NCBI GenBank assembly: GCA_900540975.1
Contig: UQHY01000002.1
Span: 7,593-71,592, forward strand
Reading direction: 5' to 3'
DNA from: an uncultured Collinsella sp.
GTDB lineage: Bacteria > Actinomycetota > Coriobacteriia > Coriobacteriales > Coriobacteriaceae
Length of the DNA stretch: 64,000 nucleotides
Shown here: piece by piece, positions 18,248 to 27,933 of the stretch
Layout of the letters: each line of letters starts with the position of its first letter
How positions within the stretch are numbered: position 1 is the stretch's first letter
Made by a program: the position numbers and the translations under genes
The notes under the pieces: model-generated
Told to the model about the DNA's origin: nothing
The model's input: the letters and a program-made list of their open reading frames with translations, nothing else
The model's database searches: none

Positions 18248-19138
18248 TCACGAAGCGAGATGACGCAATAGGTGAAGAAATACCGTCTGGTGTCGATCGG
18301 TCCAGGCATTTTGTCGATAGCAAAAATAGATGGGCAAGGCCACGTCATGCGAACCTTCAATGGAGCACTCGCTCACTTCCAGTCCATCTGTTGCGAGAGA
18401 AGAGCCAGAAAAACTCAATATCAATCCCCCGGCTTGAAGAAACTCAGTCTGCGCCCTGTTTTCGTATTCGACGTCGCGGAAGCGGAAATTAACCAGCTGA
18501 GCCTCGGGACATTGGTTGATTGCATTGAGACAGGGTGACAAATTAATGGGAACAGCCAGCCTGCCGCCCAGCAACTCACGAACGGTCATAGCACCCACAG
18601 ATTGATGACCCGCTGGACACGAAAGAACCTTGAGCTCCTTTTCACCCAAGTATTTCGAAGAAAGGACACTATCCCTTGGTTCCTCAAATGAGATGGCCGC
18701 ATCCGAAATGCCAAGCACAAGTGATTCAAAGCATGTGGCCGTTGGCTGATGCCAAACATCAAGGTGAATCTGGGGGTGCAAGCTTTCAAACGAGTCGTAC
18801 CAGTTTTCGGAAAAAAGACGCCCCCGCCCGTGAAGGCAGGGGGCGTAAGGACGAAAGTGGCCATCGGGCGAGACGCCGTCGTCCCTTGATTGAGCGTACT
18901 TTTTGAGATCGTCGACTTGTGCCAGAATCACGCGTGCACGACGCGCAAATTCTCTGCCCGCCGGAGACAAAACAGCCTCCCCCGCCGATCGGTCGAGCAA
19001 AACAATCTGATACTCAGATTCCAACTTTTTTATTGCCGACGAAACGGCCTGCGGACTCACGTGAACAGCGCGAGCTGCTTTGCGCACGCCGCCATAGTTC
19101 GCTACCGCTTGAAGGTATTCGAGTTGAGAAAGCTGCAT
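18248..19138 (-). CDS. LysR family transcriptional regulator
   Basis: MQLSQLEYL..VA..G....AA...HVS.QAVS.AIKKLE.E....LL.R......LS.AG. Confidence 0.88.
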   Translation of the reverse strand: MQLSQLEYLQAVANYGGVRKAARAVHVSPQAVSSAIKKLESEYQIVLLDRSAGEAVLSPAGREFARRARVILAQVDDLKKYAQSRDDGVSPDGHFRPYAPCLHGRGRLFSENWYDSFESLHPQIHLDVWHQPTATCFESLVLGISDAAISFEEPRDSVLSSKYLGEKELKVLSCPAGHQSVGAMTVRELLGGRLAVPINLSPCLNAINQCPEAQLVNFRFRDVEYENRAQTEFLQAGGLILSFSGSSLATDGLEVSECSIEGSHDVALPIYFCYRQNAWTDRHQTVFLHLLRHLAS

Positions 19139-19179
19139 AGATTACTCCAAAGGCAGCCAAGTCGACGGCCTACGCGCCC

Positions 19180-19515
19180 TCAGATGAGGTTCTCGCCCAG
19201 GTTCTTGCCACCGAGAACGTGCATGTGGAAGTGCATGACGGTCTGGCCGGCATTGACGCCCTTGTTGGAGATGACGCGGAAACCGTCCTCCAGGCCCTTG
19301 GCCTTAGCGACCTCCTGGATGGCGTGGGCCATGGCGCCCATGGTCTCGGCAGGCACGTTGTCGGCGATGTCGCTGTAGTGCTTCTTGGGGATCACGAGCG
19401 TGTGGACCGGTGCCTGGGGGTTGAGGTCGTCGAAGGCGATGACCTGGTCGTCCTCATAGACAACGGTCGAGGGGATCTCGTGGTTGGCAATTTTGCAGAA
19501 GATGCAATCACACAT
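19180..19515 (-). CDS. HIT family nucleotide-binding protein
   Basis: DCIFCKI, PQAPVH.LVIPK.H, GQTV.HFHMH.LGG. Confidence 0.93.
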   Translation of the reverse strand: MCDCIFCKIANHEIPSTVVYEDDQVIAFDDLNPQAPVHTLVIPKKHYSDIADNVPAETMGAMAHAIQEVAKAKGLEDGFRVISNKGVNAGQTVMHFHMHVLGGKNLGENLI

Positions 19516-19564
19516 GGCTGGTTCCTTTCTCACAGACCAAGGTAATTATATTTGGTCGGGATGG

Positions 19565-19831
19565 TTAGAACGAGAGGTTGTCGTCCGTGTTGGCGGCCTC
19601 GCCGTCGGCGAGCACGTCGTTGCCGTCGACGTCCTTCAGGAGCACCGAGACCTTCTGCTCGGCATCGGACAAGCGGGTGCGTAGGCTCTTGAGGAGCTCG
19701 ACGCCGCGCGTGTAGCTCTCGAGCGACTCCTCGAGCTCCATATCGCCCGACTCCAAGCTGCGGATGATGAGTTCCAACTCCTGCGAGGCCTGCTTGTACG
19801 TAAGCTGCTCGACCGGGGTCTTCTCTGCCAT
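19565..19831 (-). CDS. xseB: Exodeoxyribonuclease VII small subunit
   Basis: LTY.QA..ELE.II..LE.G...LEESL..Y.RG..L......L..AEQKV; directly downstream of xseA. Confidence 0.92.
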   Translation of the reverse strand: MAEKTPVEQLTYKQASQELELIIRSLESGDMELEESLESYTRGVELLKSLRTRLSDAEQKVSVLLKDVDGNDVLADGEAANTDDNLSF

Positions 19832-19873
19832 ATCTGTTTCCTTTCCTAAAGGTTTATCGCTGTGAAACGCGGC

Positions 19874-21325
19874 CTACTCGACCGTATCAACCGTTGCCGC
19901 CACGTTGCCGTCTGCCATGCGCACGCGTATGGCGTCGCCGGGCTTAAAGGTCTTGGCGCTCGTAGCCACCCCATCATCGCTGTACGCGATGGAATAGCCA
20001 CGGGCAAGCACCTTGAGCGGCGACAGGGCATCGAGTGAGGCTGCCGCACGGCCCAGGTCGGACGCGGGTTTGCTGAGCATCGTGCGCCCCTGATGCTCCA
20101 GACGGGAACTCGCAAGCGTGAGCGCATGGCGCTTGCCATCGAGCCCCGAGGTGCTTGCAACCAGACGCTCGGGCAGGCGCTCAAAGTTGGAGCGGAATGT
20201 CCCGACCGAGCGAGCTATGGCGCCCGACAGGCGATCGGCAGTCAGTGCAAGCTCCGATTCGCGACGCTCGACCATAAATGTGGGGTCGTTGAGGCACGGG
20301 CGGCATGCGGCGGCATCGAGCGCATCGCCCAGACGGGCCGTATAGGTATCCCAGGCGCGGCGACCGCGCTGATCGAGCATCTCCAAATCAACCTGATTCG
20401 ACCCAATCATCGATGCCATCGCGGCGCCAAGACGCTGATGGCGTGCCTCGAGCACATCTGCCAGCTCCGTCATAGCCGGCGCCACCGATTCGGCTGCCGC
20501 CGTGGGCGTGGAGGCGCGACGGTCGCTCACCATGTCGCAAATCGAGGTATCGGGCTCATGGCCAATGCCGGTCACCACGGGCACAGGACAAGCCGCCACC
20601 GCGCGGGCAAGCTCCTCGTTATTAAAGGTCATGAGGTCCTCGAAGGAACCGCCGCCACGCACGAGCAAAATGCAATCGGGCGCCGGCGTAATGGCAGCGG
20701 CGCGACGCAGGCCTTCAATAAGCTCTACCGGCGCACCCTCGCCTTGAACCTTGGCACCCACGCAGACAAGCTCGACGAGCGGGTTGCGACGGCGCAGCGT
20801 ACGCTTGACGTCGTCGATCACGGCGCCCGAAAGCGAGGTGACGACCGCCACACGCGAGCAAAACACCGGAATGTGACGTTTGCGCGCCTCGTCCATCAGG
20901 CCCTCGCGACGCAGCTTTTCGGCCAACTGAGCCACCTGTTGACGCAGCAGGCCCTCCCCCGCCAGCGAGAACGAGCGGGCGACGAAGCTCATACGACCCG
21001 TAGGCTTGTAGAGATTGAAGCTACCCTTAAAGCTCACCTGCATGCCGTCGCGCAGATCGAAGGTGCGCTTAAGGTAGGCGCCCTTCCAGATGATGCAGTC
21101 GACGGCCGCCGAGTCGTCCTTGATTTGGAAGTAGCAGTGGCCGCTTCGGGCATTGGGACCGCGGAAACCCGTGACTTCGCCCAAAACGCTCAGCTGCGGA
21201 ATGGCATCGAGCGCACCGGCGGCGATCTCCACCGCCTGGCTCACGCTGAGCTCTTTGCACTCCTGCTCGTCCGATCCGTCGAACTCGGCGGAAACGGTAT
21301 TGCCGGTCAGATTCCAGCCAGCCAC
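19874..21325 (-). CDS. xseA: Exodeoxyribonuclease VII large subunit
   Basis: SGHCYF.IKD, VTSLSGAVI.D, VQG.GA, RGGGSFEDL..FN.E, GIGHE.D, TPTAAAE, LSPLKVLARGYS. GTG start after AAAGGAGG. Confidence 0.95.
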   Translation of the reverse strand: MAGWNLTGNTVSAEFDGSDEQECKELSVSQAVEIAAGALDAIPQLSVLGEVTGFRGPNARSGHCYFQIKDDSAAVDCIIWKGAYLKRTFDLRDGMQVSFKGSFNLYKPTGRMSFVARSFSLAGEGLLRQQVAQLAEKLRREGLMDEARKRHIPVFCSRVAVVTSLSGAVIDDVKRTLRRRNPLVELVCVGAKVQGEGAPVELIEGLRRAAAITPAPDCILLVRGGGSFEDLMTFNNEELARAVAACPVPVVTGIGHEPDTSICDMVSDRRASTPTAAAESVAPAMTELADVLEARHQRLGAAMASMIGSNQVDLEMLDQRGRRAWDTYTARLGDALDAAACRPCLNDPTFMVERRESELALTADRLSGAIARSVGTFRSNFERLPERLVASTSGLDGKRHALTLASSRLEHQGRTMLSKPASDLGRAAASLDALSPLKVLARGYSIAYSDDGVATSAKTFKPGDAIRVRMADGNVAATVDTVE

Positions 21326-21440
21326 GCAGCCTCCTTTCGTCATCGTGCACACGGGCTCCGGCCCTGCGCAAATTCAAGTCCAACACATAGTACAGCGCCG
21401 CTGGGACACGAATCCCCGCGGCGTCTGCCTGTCCCGTTTG

Positions 21441-22145
21441 CTATCGGTTGGAGTTTCTGTTGTAGCGAGCCATCAGGTAGAGCAGCTGAATAATCGAGGT
21501 GAGCGCCGCCGCCACGTAGGTAAGCGCAGCTGCCGTCAGCACCTTCCTGGCACCGCTAACCTGCTTGGAACTCATGCCCGACTGCTCGATATACGCCACG
21601 GCGCGGCGACTGGCATCGATCTCGACCGGCAGCGTAACCAGCTGGAACAGCACGCTAAACGAGAAGAAGACCAGCGCGAGGGTCGTGAGCCCCGCGATGT
21701 TCATGAACAGGCCCATGAGCAGCACGATCGTCCAGGTGTTCTGGGTAAAGTTGACGACGGGGACTAAAGCGGTGCGTACCTTCATCATGGCGTAACCGCT
21801 TTGACGCTGGGCGGCATGGCCCGCCTCGTGGCAGGCGACGGCAACGCTTGCGACCGACCCGCCCGAACGGTTGGCATCCGACAGATACAGGTTGTTGTCC
21901 TGTGGGTTGTAATGATCAGTGAGCTCGCCGGCAACGCCCTTGATGCCCACGGCGCTACAACCGTTGGCATCGAGCATGCGGCGAGCGACCGTGGCACCCG
22001 CGTCGCCGTCCGAGCGAACCTTGGACCAGGTCTTATATGTCGAGTTGATATAGCTCTGCGCGGCAAGGCCAAGCACCGTGCAGACAAGAACAACCAGCAG
22101 GTACAGCGGGTCAATGCCAAAGCCGTATCCATAGTAATAAGGCAT
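21441..22145 (-). CDS. Neutral zinc metallopeptidase (YugP-like)
   Basis: LTDHYNP, VACHEAGHA.Q, LVTLPVE.DASRRA, VLTAAALTYVAA. Confidence 0.9.
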   Translation of the reverse strand: MPYYYGYGFGIDPLYLLVVLVCTVLGLAAQSYINSTYKTWSKVRSDGDAGATVARRMLDANGCSAVGIKGVAGELTDHYNPQDNNLYLSDANRSGGSVASVAVACHEAGHAAQRQSGYAMMKVRTALVPVVNFTQNTWTIVLLMGLFMNIAGLTTLALVFFSFSVLFQLVTLPVEIDASRRAVAYIEQSGMSSKQVSGARKVLTAAALTYVAAALTSIIQLLYLMARYNRNSNR

Positions 22146-22229
22146 GCGAATTCCTCCGAATCGAGTTACACGTTGGAGGCATTCTACCCATTCGACTGAC
22201 CAGCAAATCAACATCGATGTTTTGGCAAT

Positions 22230-22376
22230 GTCAGCGAAAACGGCCGAGAGCGAGCAAGGTGACGTGAAAGAGAAGCGACGCGTACTTTGGTACGCGAGCG
22301 ACGATTGAACGTCAGATTGCCGCTCTCGGCCGTTTGCAGCGTCGAGCTGTTACGCGGTTTGGCAAAACCGCGTAAC
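22230..22376 (-). repeat. About 147-bp structured repeat, family A, just after the rnd stop
   Basis: Near-identical to 59961-60106 and to the reverse complement of 50234-50380. Confidence 0.9.
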
Positions 22377-22383
22377 TATATAC

Positions 22384-23517
22384 CTATAGCAATTCAATTT
22401 TGCCATCTTTGACCGTCAACCCCATATTGCCCGAGAGCAAATCGTCCAGGCGCGAGCCCACGAGCTCAAAGCGCCAGCCTTCGCGCAGGGGGCTCTGCTC
22501 GGGATGCTCAATGTAGTCGGCCAGGTCATCGCGCGAGGCAATGACCGAGGTCGCCACGCCCGAACGCTCGGCAACCAGGCGAATGAGCGCATACATCAGG
22601 TCCGTCACGCTCTCCAACTCCGGCGAAATCTGACGGTGCCCGCGCACCATGAGCGGCAGGCGATCGTGCGGGCAGCTCGCACCGCGCTTAATGGCCATGA
22701 GCGCGCCGTCCACGTCGCGCTCCCCCAGCTGATCGGTGCCGCGGATGCTGCGGAACTCCTCGACGCGCACAGGATTGCGCTTGACGAGCGCCAGCAGCGT
22801 ATCGTCGGACATGACCCACTTGCGCGGGATGTTGCGGCGCTCGGCGCGGTCCTCGCGCCAAGCGGCAAGCTCGCGCGCGATGCCCAACTGGTGACGGCTA
22901 CACGAGTTGATGCGCTTGACCTTGCGGAACGCCTCATGGCGGTCGGCGCGGTAGTGCGACTCGTCGGCCAGCGGGCGCAGCTCGTCGAGCACCCAGTCCA
23001 CGCGGCCCAGCTCACGCAGGCGGCTCATCATCTCGGTATAGGCGACGATCAGGTACTTGACGTCATCGATCGCGTACTCGATCTGTTTGTCGGTCAGCGG
23101 GCGGCGCGACCAATCGGTCAGCGACTCGGTCTTGGGCAACGAGACGCCGCAAAACGTCTGCACAAGCGCGCCGTAGGAAATCTGCTGGCGCTCGCCCAAA
23201 AAGGCGGCGGCGACCTGCGTGTCAAAAATGGGACGTGGCAGCACGCCCACGGTATGGAGCATGACCTCCATATCCTGCGAGCACGCGTGGAAGACCTTGG
23301 TCACGCTCTCGTCGGTCATAAGCTCGGCCAGCGGCGATAGGTCGTCGATTACCAGGGGATCGACCGCGACGCTCTCGGCAGGGGTGGCAATCTGGACCAA
23401 GCACAGGCGCGGGTGGAACGTGCGCTCGCGCAAAAACTCGGTATCGACGGCAATCGCGTCAAACTCACGGGCGCGCTGGCAAAAGTCGAGCAGAGCCTGA
23501 TGTGTGGAAATGTACAT
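22384..23517 (-). CDS. rnd: Ribonuclease D
   Basis: AVDTEF.RERT..P.LCLVQ, KVFHA.SQD, FDTQVAA, TDWS.RPLT..Q..YA.DDV, HRDC region. Confidence 0.93.
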   Translation of the reverse strand: MYISTHQALLDFCQRAREFDAIAVDTEFLRERTFHPRLCLVQIATPAESVAVDPLVIDDLSPLAELMTDESVTKVFHACSQDMEVMLHTVGVLPRPIFDTQVAAAFLGERQQISYGALVQTFCGVSLPKTESLTDWSRRPLTDKQIEYAIDDVKYLIVAYTEMMSRLRELGRVDWVLDELRPLADESHYRADRHEAFRKVKRINSCSRHQLGIARELAAWREDRAERRNIPRKWVMSDDTLLALVKRNPVRVEEFRSIRGTDQLGERDVDGALMAIKRGASCPHDRLPLMVRGHRQISPELESVTDLMYALIRLVAERSGVATSVIASRDDLADYIEHPEQSPLREGWRFELVGSRLDDLLSGNMGLTVKDGKIELL

Positions 23518-23615
23518 ATCAACCCATCAAATAAGGTTAGGCCCGAAAAACACGGGTAGGATATCGGCATTGCCCTACAACTATACTCGGTTAGTCACAG
23601 AACGGGAACGTAAGT

Positions 23616-24533
23616 ATGCGCTGCCTTATCATCCACAACCCGGCATCGGGCCCCAGCTCAGATGAAATCTACACATTCACGCACGCCCTCGCGCAGAGCG
23701 GCGACGAGGTCGTGATGCGTTTTATCGGCGATGGCATGGAACCCGAGGACGCCGTGGCAGACGTGCGCGAGTTTGATCGCGTGGTGATTTCAGGCGGCGA
23801 CGGCACCGTCTCCAACGTGCTCGACCAGATGCGCGGATGCGGCGTCCCCACGCTCGTCTTCCCCTCCGGCACGGCCTGCCTGTTCTTCAACAACATTGGC
23901 AATGCCCCCGAGGCCGCGGCGCTCGCCAAGGCCTGCCGCGTCGGCCGTACCGTCAAGGCGGACATGGGCGAGCTCTTTTGGCTCGACGAGAACGGCAACG
24001 AAAAGCGCCACGGCTTTATCATCATCGCCGGATCGGGCTACGATGCCGAGATCATGATGAAAGCCGCCCCCGCCAAAAACGACATCGGCGAGATCGCCTA
24101 TTTCCTGTCGGCGCTCGCCACGCCCAACCCCACGGTGGCGCACTTTACGATTGAGCATGACGGCATTGTCGAGGAGCTCGATGGCATCTGCTGCATGGCC
24201 GGCAACACCTCGGTCATTCAAAACGACATCAACCTGTTCCCCGATTGCCGCATGAACGACGGCATGGTCGACATCGCGGTCATCGAGTCCGTAAAAACCG
24301 TGCAGCTCCTCCCGACCGTGATCACCGCCGCACTCGACCCCACCGGCAAGGTGCTCGGCCGCCCGCAGTTCAAGATCATCCAGACCAAAGAAGCCAAGAT
24401 CACCTGCACGCCGTCGCTGGGCATGCAGTTCGATGGCGAGATCATCTCCAGCAACTCGGGCGTCTTTGGCGCCCGCGCACTTCCGCAATGCCTCGACCTC
24501 ATCGTCGACGAATTCTCCCCACTCGGAAAATAG
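23616..24533 (+). CDS. Diacylglycerol/lipid kinase family protein
   Basis: IIHNPASG, SGGDGTVS.V, PSGT, GSGYDA, DG..D, QFDGE. Confidence 0.87.
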   Translation: MRCLIIHNPASGPSSDEIYTFTHALAQSGDEVVMRFIGDGMEPEDAVADVREFDRVVISGGDGTVSNVLDQMRGCGVPTLVFPSGTACLFFNNIGNAPEAAALAKACRVGRTVKADMGELFWLDENGNEKRHGFIIIAGSGYDAEIMMKAAPAKNDIGEIAYFLSALATPNPTVAHFTIEHDGIVEELDGICCMAGNTSVIQNDINLFPDCRMNDGMVDIAVIESVKTVQLLPTVITAALDPTGKVLGRPQFKIIQTKEAKITCTPSLGMQFDGEIISSNSGVFGARALPQCLDLIVDEFSPLGK

Positions 24534-24542
24534 GAGGACCCC

Positions 24543-24635
24543 ATGAACGACACTCCCCTGCCCGGCTTTATCGTCATTGTTCTGGCCATGCTCATCGGCT
24601 ATGCGATCAACGTGATCCACCGCCGGAAGAAGTAA
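24543..24635 (+). CDS. 30-aa single-TM small protein (not in ORF track)
   Basis: AGGAGG RBS overlapping the upstream stop; MNDTPLPGFIVIVLAMLIGYAINVIHRRKK; host-like codon usage. Confidence 0.6.
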   Translation: MNDTPLPGFIVIVLAMLIGYAINVIHRRKK

Positions 24636-24943
24636 TTCCACATTGGTATGATATTCATCCAATTATCATTTCCCCCGTTGTTTATGCATTTGCCAGACAG
24701 CGGGGGATTTTTCTTTGCGTCCCGTACAAGGCGCTTTATTCTGGTACAGTAATTGCAGGGTGCCTTTATTTAAGTAAAGCTACATAATGAGTATTCTTAT
24801 CCGCTCATCGCATATTTTAGGACGCTCATCGAGTATTTCATCGAAATAGATGAATACTATTTAGACTTCCGATAGGCTAATAGATGTATTTATTAGCTGA
24901 GATTCCGCACAGTTTTGTGGGGTCTCAACAGTTGGGAGGGATC

Positions 24944-26746
24944 ATGAGGTTTACTCATCCTGTCAACACGCTCAAAAAGCTCGGCTGCGGCCTTGCGTTT
25001 GGAGCAGCGGCCATCATGGCCATGCCGACTTCGGCGCTCGCCTGCACCCAGATCTACATGGGTAGCAAGCTCACGGCAGACGGCAACACGTACTATGGCC
25101 GTTCCGAGGACTTCGGTCCGCGCTATGTCAAGCACTTTGGCATTGAGCCCGCACACAAGGACGGCAACGAGTACACATCGGTCGAGTCCGGTTTTGAATA
25201 CAAGTCCAAGGGCGCAACCTACCGCTACACCTTCGTTCGCGACAACCCCTCGCAGTGGGAAGATCGCTACGACGCATATTCCGAAGCCGGCATCAACGAG
25301 AAGGGCGTCTCCTGCTCTGCCACGTTGAGCACCTCCTATAACGAGAAGGCCGAAGAAGCCGACCCCATCACCGAGGAGACCGGCATTGGCGAGTACAGCT
25401 ATGCCAGCGTCATCCTGGGCGAGAGCGCCACGGCCCGCGAGGGCGTCGAGCTCATCGGCAGCCTGATCGACGAGCAGGGCGTCTGCTCCAACGACCAGAT
25501 CATCATCGCCGACAGCACCGAGACCTGGCTGTTCGCCGCGCTTTCCGGCCATCAGTGGATTGCCATGAGGCTCGCCGATGACATCGCCTCGCTCAACCCC
25601 AACATCGGCAACCTCACCTATGACGTCGACCTCGACGACACCGAGAACTGTCTCCATTCCGAGGGCATCGAGTCCATGCCTAAGGAGAAGGGCTTTGCCG
25701 AGTACACTGACGGCAAGTTCGACGTCGCCAAGACCTACGGCGAGGAGATCGGCGAGGCCGGTATGCACCAGTGGTCGCGCTATATCCAGGGTCGCGATTA
25801 CTTCATGGCCCCGCTGGCTGAAGGCACTGACTACGAGATCGTCAAGGACGAGCGTGAAGACGCTCGCGCCACGACCGGCGCCCTGGTCCACGAGATGCAG
25901 CCGCTGTTCTTCCAGCCCGGCAAGTCCGACTGGAACACCTTTGAGATGATCCGCAGCTTCGCTGCTCGCGGCGAGAATGTCGCCGGTCTCAACGCCAACA
26001 CCGACGGCGCCTATGCTATCGGCTCCAACCGCAACACCGAGATCCACACCTTCCAGATCCGCCACGGCATGGACCCCGAAATCGCGACCATCCAGTGGGA
26101 GATGCTCTCCAACGCCGAGTTCTCCGTCGCTATCCCCCTCTACTCCGCACTGCTCACCGAGGTCAGCCCCTACTTCAGCGATCAGGATGTCTCCTTCGAT
26201 CACTGCGAAGAGGAAGACGTTGTAAACAACGAGGAGCCCAAGAACTCCATCAACTACGTCCTCATGGACATCAACACGCTCGCCTATGAGAACCGCGATC
26301 ACTGCGCTACCGGCGTCCGCGCCTACCTCGACGCCCTGCAGAAGGAGCTCATCGAGCAGAACCTGACCGTCGACGAGGCCATGCAGGCCGCCGAGGACAC
26401 CGAGGCCCGCACCACCCTGGCCAACAAGGCCGGCAAGGCTGCCACCAAAAACACCTACCTCAAGTGCAAGGCTATGCTCGAGGAAATGCGTGACTACCTC
26501 AAGGAGGGCGACTTCTCCGAGGAGTTCGTCCCGAGCGACTACGATGCCGACAACGACTGCCTGGTCGAGTCCATCACCTACGCCGACGAGGCCCTCTCCG
26601 ATAAGGACGTTGCCGAGCCCGAGGTCGAGAAGGAAGAGGCCACCGAGGAGAAGTCCGAGGGCAACAACATGGCCGCCATGGCCGTTGGCGCCGTCGTCGT
26701 CATCGGTGTCTGCGGCTTCGTGCTCTATCGTCGCAAAAAGGCCTAA
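24944..26746 (+). CDS. Exported C69 family dipeptidase with C-terminal membrane anchor
   Basis: Signal peptide ending ALA-CT (N-terminal nucleophile Cys), YGRSED, EAGINEKGV, TAREGV, C-terminal TM followed by RRKK. Confidence 0.85.
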   Translation: MRFTHPVNTLKKLGCGLAFGAAAIMAMPTSALACTQIYMGSKLTADGNTYYGRSEDFGPRYVKHFGIEPAHKDGNEYTSVESGFEYKSKGATYRYTFVRDNPSQWEDRYDAYSEAGINEKGVSCSATLSTSYNEKAEEADPITEETGIGEYSYASVILGESATAREGVELIGSLIDEQGVCSNDQIIIADSTETWLFAALSGHQWIAMRLADDIASLNPNIGNLTYDVDLDDTENCLHSEGIESMPKEKGFAEYTDGKFDVAKTYGEEIGEAGMHQWSRYIQGRDYFMAPLAEGTDYEIVKDEREDARATTGALVHEMQPLFFQPGKSDWNTFEMIRSFAARGENVAGLNANTDGAYAIGSNRNTEIHTFQIRHGMDPEIATIQWEMLSNAEFSVAIPLYSALLTEVSPYFSDQDVSFDHCEEEDVVNNEEPKNSINYVLMDINTLAYENRDHCATGVRAYLDALQKELIEQNLTVDEAMQAAEDTEARTTLANKAGKAATKNTYLKCKAMLEEMRDYLKEGDFSEEFVPSDYDADNDCLVESITYADEALSDKDVAEPEVEKEEATEEKSEGNNMAAMAVGAVVVIGVCGFVLYRRKKA

Positions 26747-26937
26747 GAACCCCTCACCTTAAGGCGCGGGCGGGAAGGCCAAGGTCGCCCGCCCGCCCAG
26801 CCGCCCATTCGACCGGCGGGAAACGTCGCCGAAATCTTTTCAAAAAAGATTCCCTGCACACACTTCGCTGTGCTATAGTGCAGCGCAACAGCAACGAGGT
26901 GCAACCGCGCCAAGGCATCACGAAAGGAGCCACCAAC

Positions 26938-27006
26938 ATGAAGAACACGATGAAGTCTCTCAACAACTGGTGGTGGCGTGATGCGAATACGATCGGTCGA
27001 CAGTGA
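26938..27006 (+). CDS. Trp-rich attenuator leader peptide (22 aa)
   Basis: GAAAGGAG RBS; MKNTMKSLNNWWWRDANTIGRQ with TGGTGGTGG at 26968-26976. Confidence 0.85.
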   Translation: MKNTMKSLNNWWWRDANTIGRQ

Positions 27007-27042
27007 GTCCCTCACGCCTGTTTTTGCGCTCTAGGTGATTGG

Positions 27043-27073
27043 AAGGCCTCCGGTTTCGACCGGGGGCCTTTTT
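27043..27073 (+). terminator. Attenuator terminator of the Trp leader
   Basis: aaggcctccggt-ttcg-accgggggcc-ttttt between the leader and the S-component start. Confidence 0.8.
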
Positions 27074-27152
27074 CTATCTCGAGCCCAATCGCATTCGCAT
27101 CACGCGCCTCCGCTTTCTTCTCTTGCACTTCCCTTCCGAAAGGATTTTCACC

Positions 27153-27725
27153 ATGTCTCAGAACACCACCGCCGCCCAGCCCCGCACCGTCCAGACCGCC
27201 GACCGCGGCAAACTCGACGTCCGCGCCCTCGTCTTGCTCGCCATCCTGCTTGCCGCCGGCTTCATCCTCAACTTCACCGTCGGCAAGGCCATCTCCGGCA
27301 TCTCGGGCGGCATGATCAGCCCCGAGTTCATCATCTCGGCCTTCTGCCTCACCATCCTGGTCGTGCGCCCCAACATCGGTCAGGCGCTCGTTATCGGCCT
27401 GATCTCGGCCGCCGTGATCCAGATCACCACCACCTCGCCGTTCGTCGATTTTGCCGCCGAGGGCATCGCCGCCATGCTCATGGCCGTCATTGTCAACGCT
27501 GCCGCCAAGGACGGCCAGGTCAAACCCGCCGTCGCCATCGTCGCAACCTTCGTGACCACCTTTGTCTCGGGCGTCATCTTCATGGTCATCAAGATGGCCA
27601 TGCTCGGCGTGGTGGGCGAGCTCGCCGCTGCCATGCTGCCCGTCGTCGCCATGACCGCCGTCTTTAACGCCATCCTGGTCGGCGCTCTCTACCTGCCCAT
27701 CCAGAAGGCCCTTAAGCTCAATTAA
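27153..27725 (+). CDS. ECF transporter S component, TrpP-like (probable tryptophan)
   Basis: About 6 TM; LVLLAILLA.G.IL...GGM.SPEF......L.IL..RP.....LVIGLI......TT resembles TrpP/YhaG. Trp leader upstream. Confidence 0.75.
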   Translation: MSQNTTAAQPRTVQTADRGKLDVRALVLLAILLAAGFILNFTVGKAISGISGGMISPEFIISAFCLTILVVRPNIGQALVIGLISAAVIQITTTSPFVDFAAEGIAAMLMAVIVNAAAKDGQVKPAVAIVATFVTTFVSGVIFMVIKMAMLGVVGELAAAMLPVVAMTAVFNAILVGALYLPIQKALKLN

Positions 27726-27731
27726 GCCGCT

Positions 27732-27832
27732 CGGCTTTACGAGCCACCCCATCTTGGCGTTCATTCGTCGCTCGCGTACCCAAGTACGCTTCGTTCCTCT
27801 TTCGCGCCAACCTGGGGCCCCTCGTAAAGCCG
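27732..27832 (+). repeat. Diverged family A structured repeat after the S-component stop
   Basis: cgttcattcgtcgctcgcgtacc...gtacgcttcgttcctctttc core, enclosed by cggctttacgag/ctcgtaaagccg. Confidence 0.7.
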
Positions 27833-27933
27833 TCTCCGTACTTCACCACCAAAGACTGTCCCAAACAACGGGCTCATGGACGTTCTTATAAGGCTCATCA
27901 TTCAAGAACGTCCGATGACTATGAAAGGTATCC

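Noticed and set aside
26880..27075. T-box riboswitch upstream of the ECF S component
   Set aside because: No convincing T-box consensus (AAnnnGGGTGGnACC) or stem I. The TGGTGG run is explained by in-frame Trp codons behind a strong RBS.
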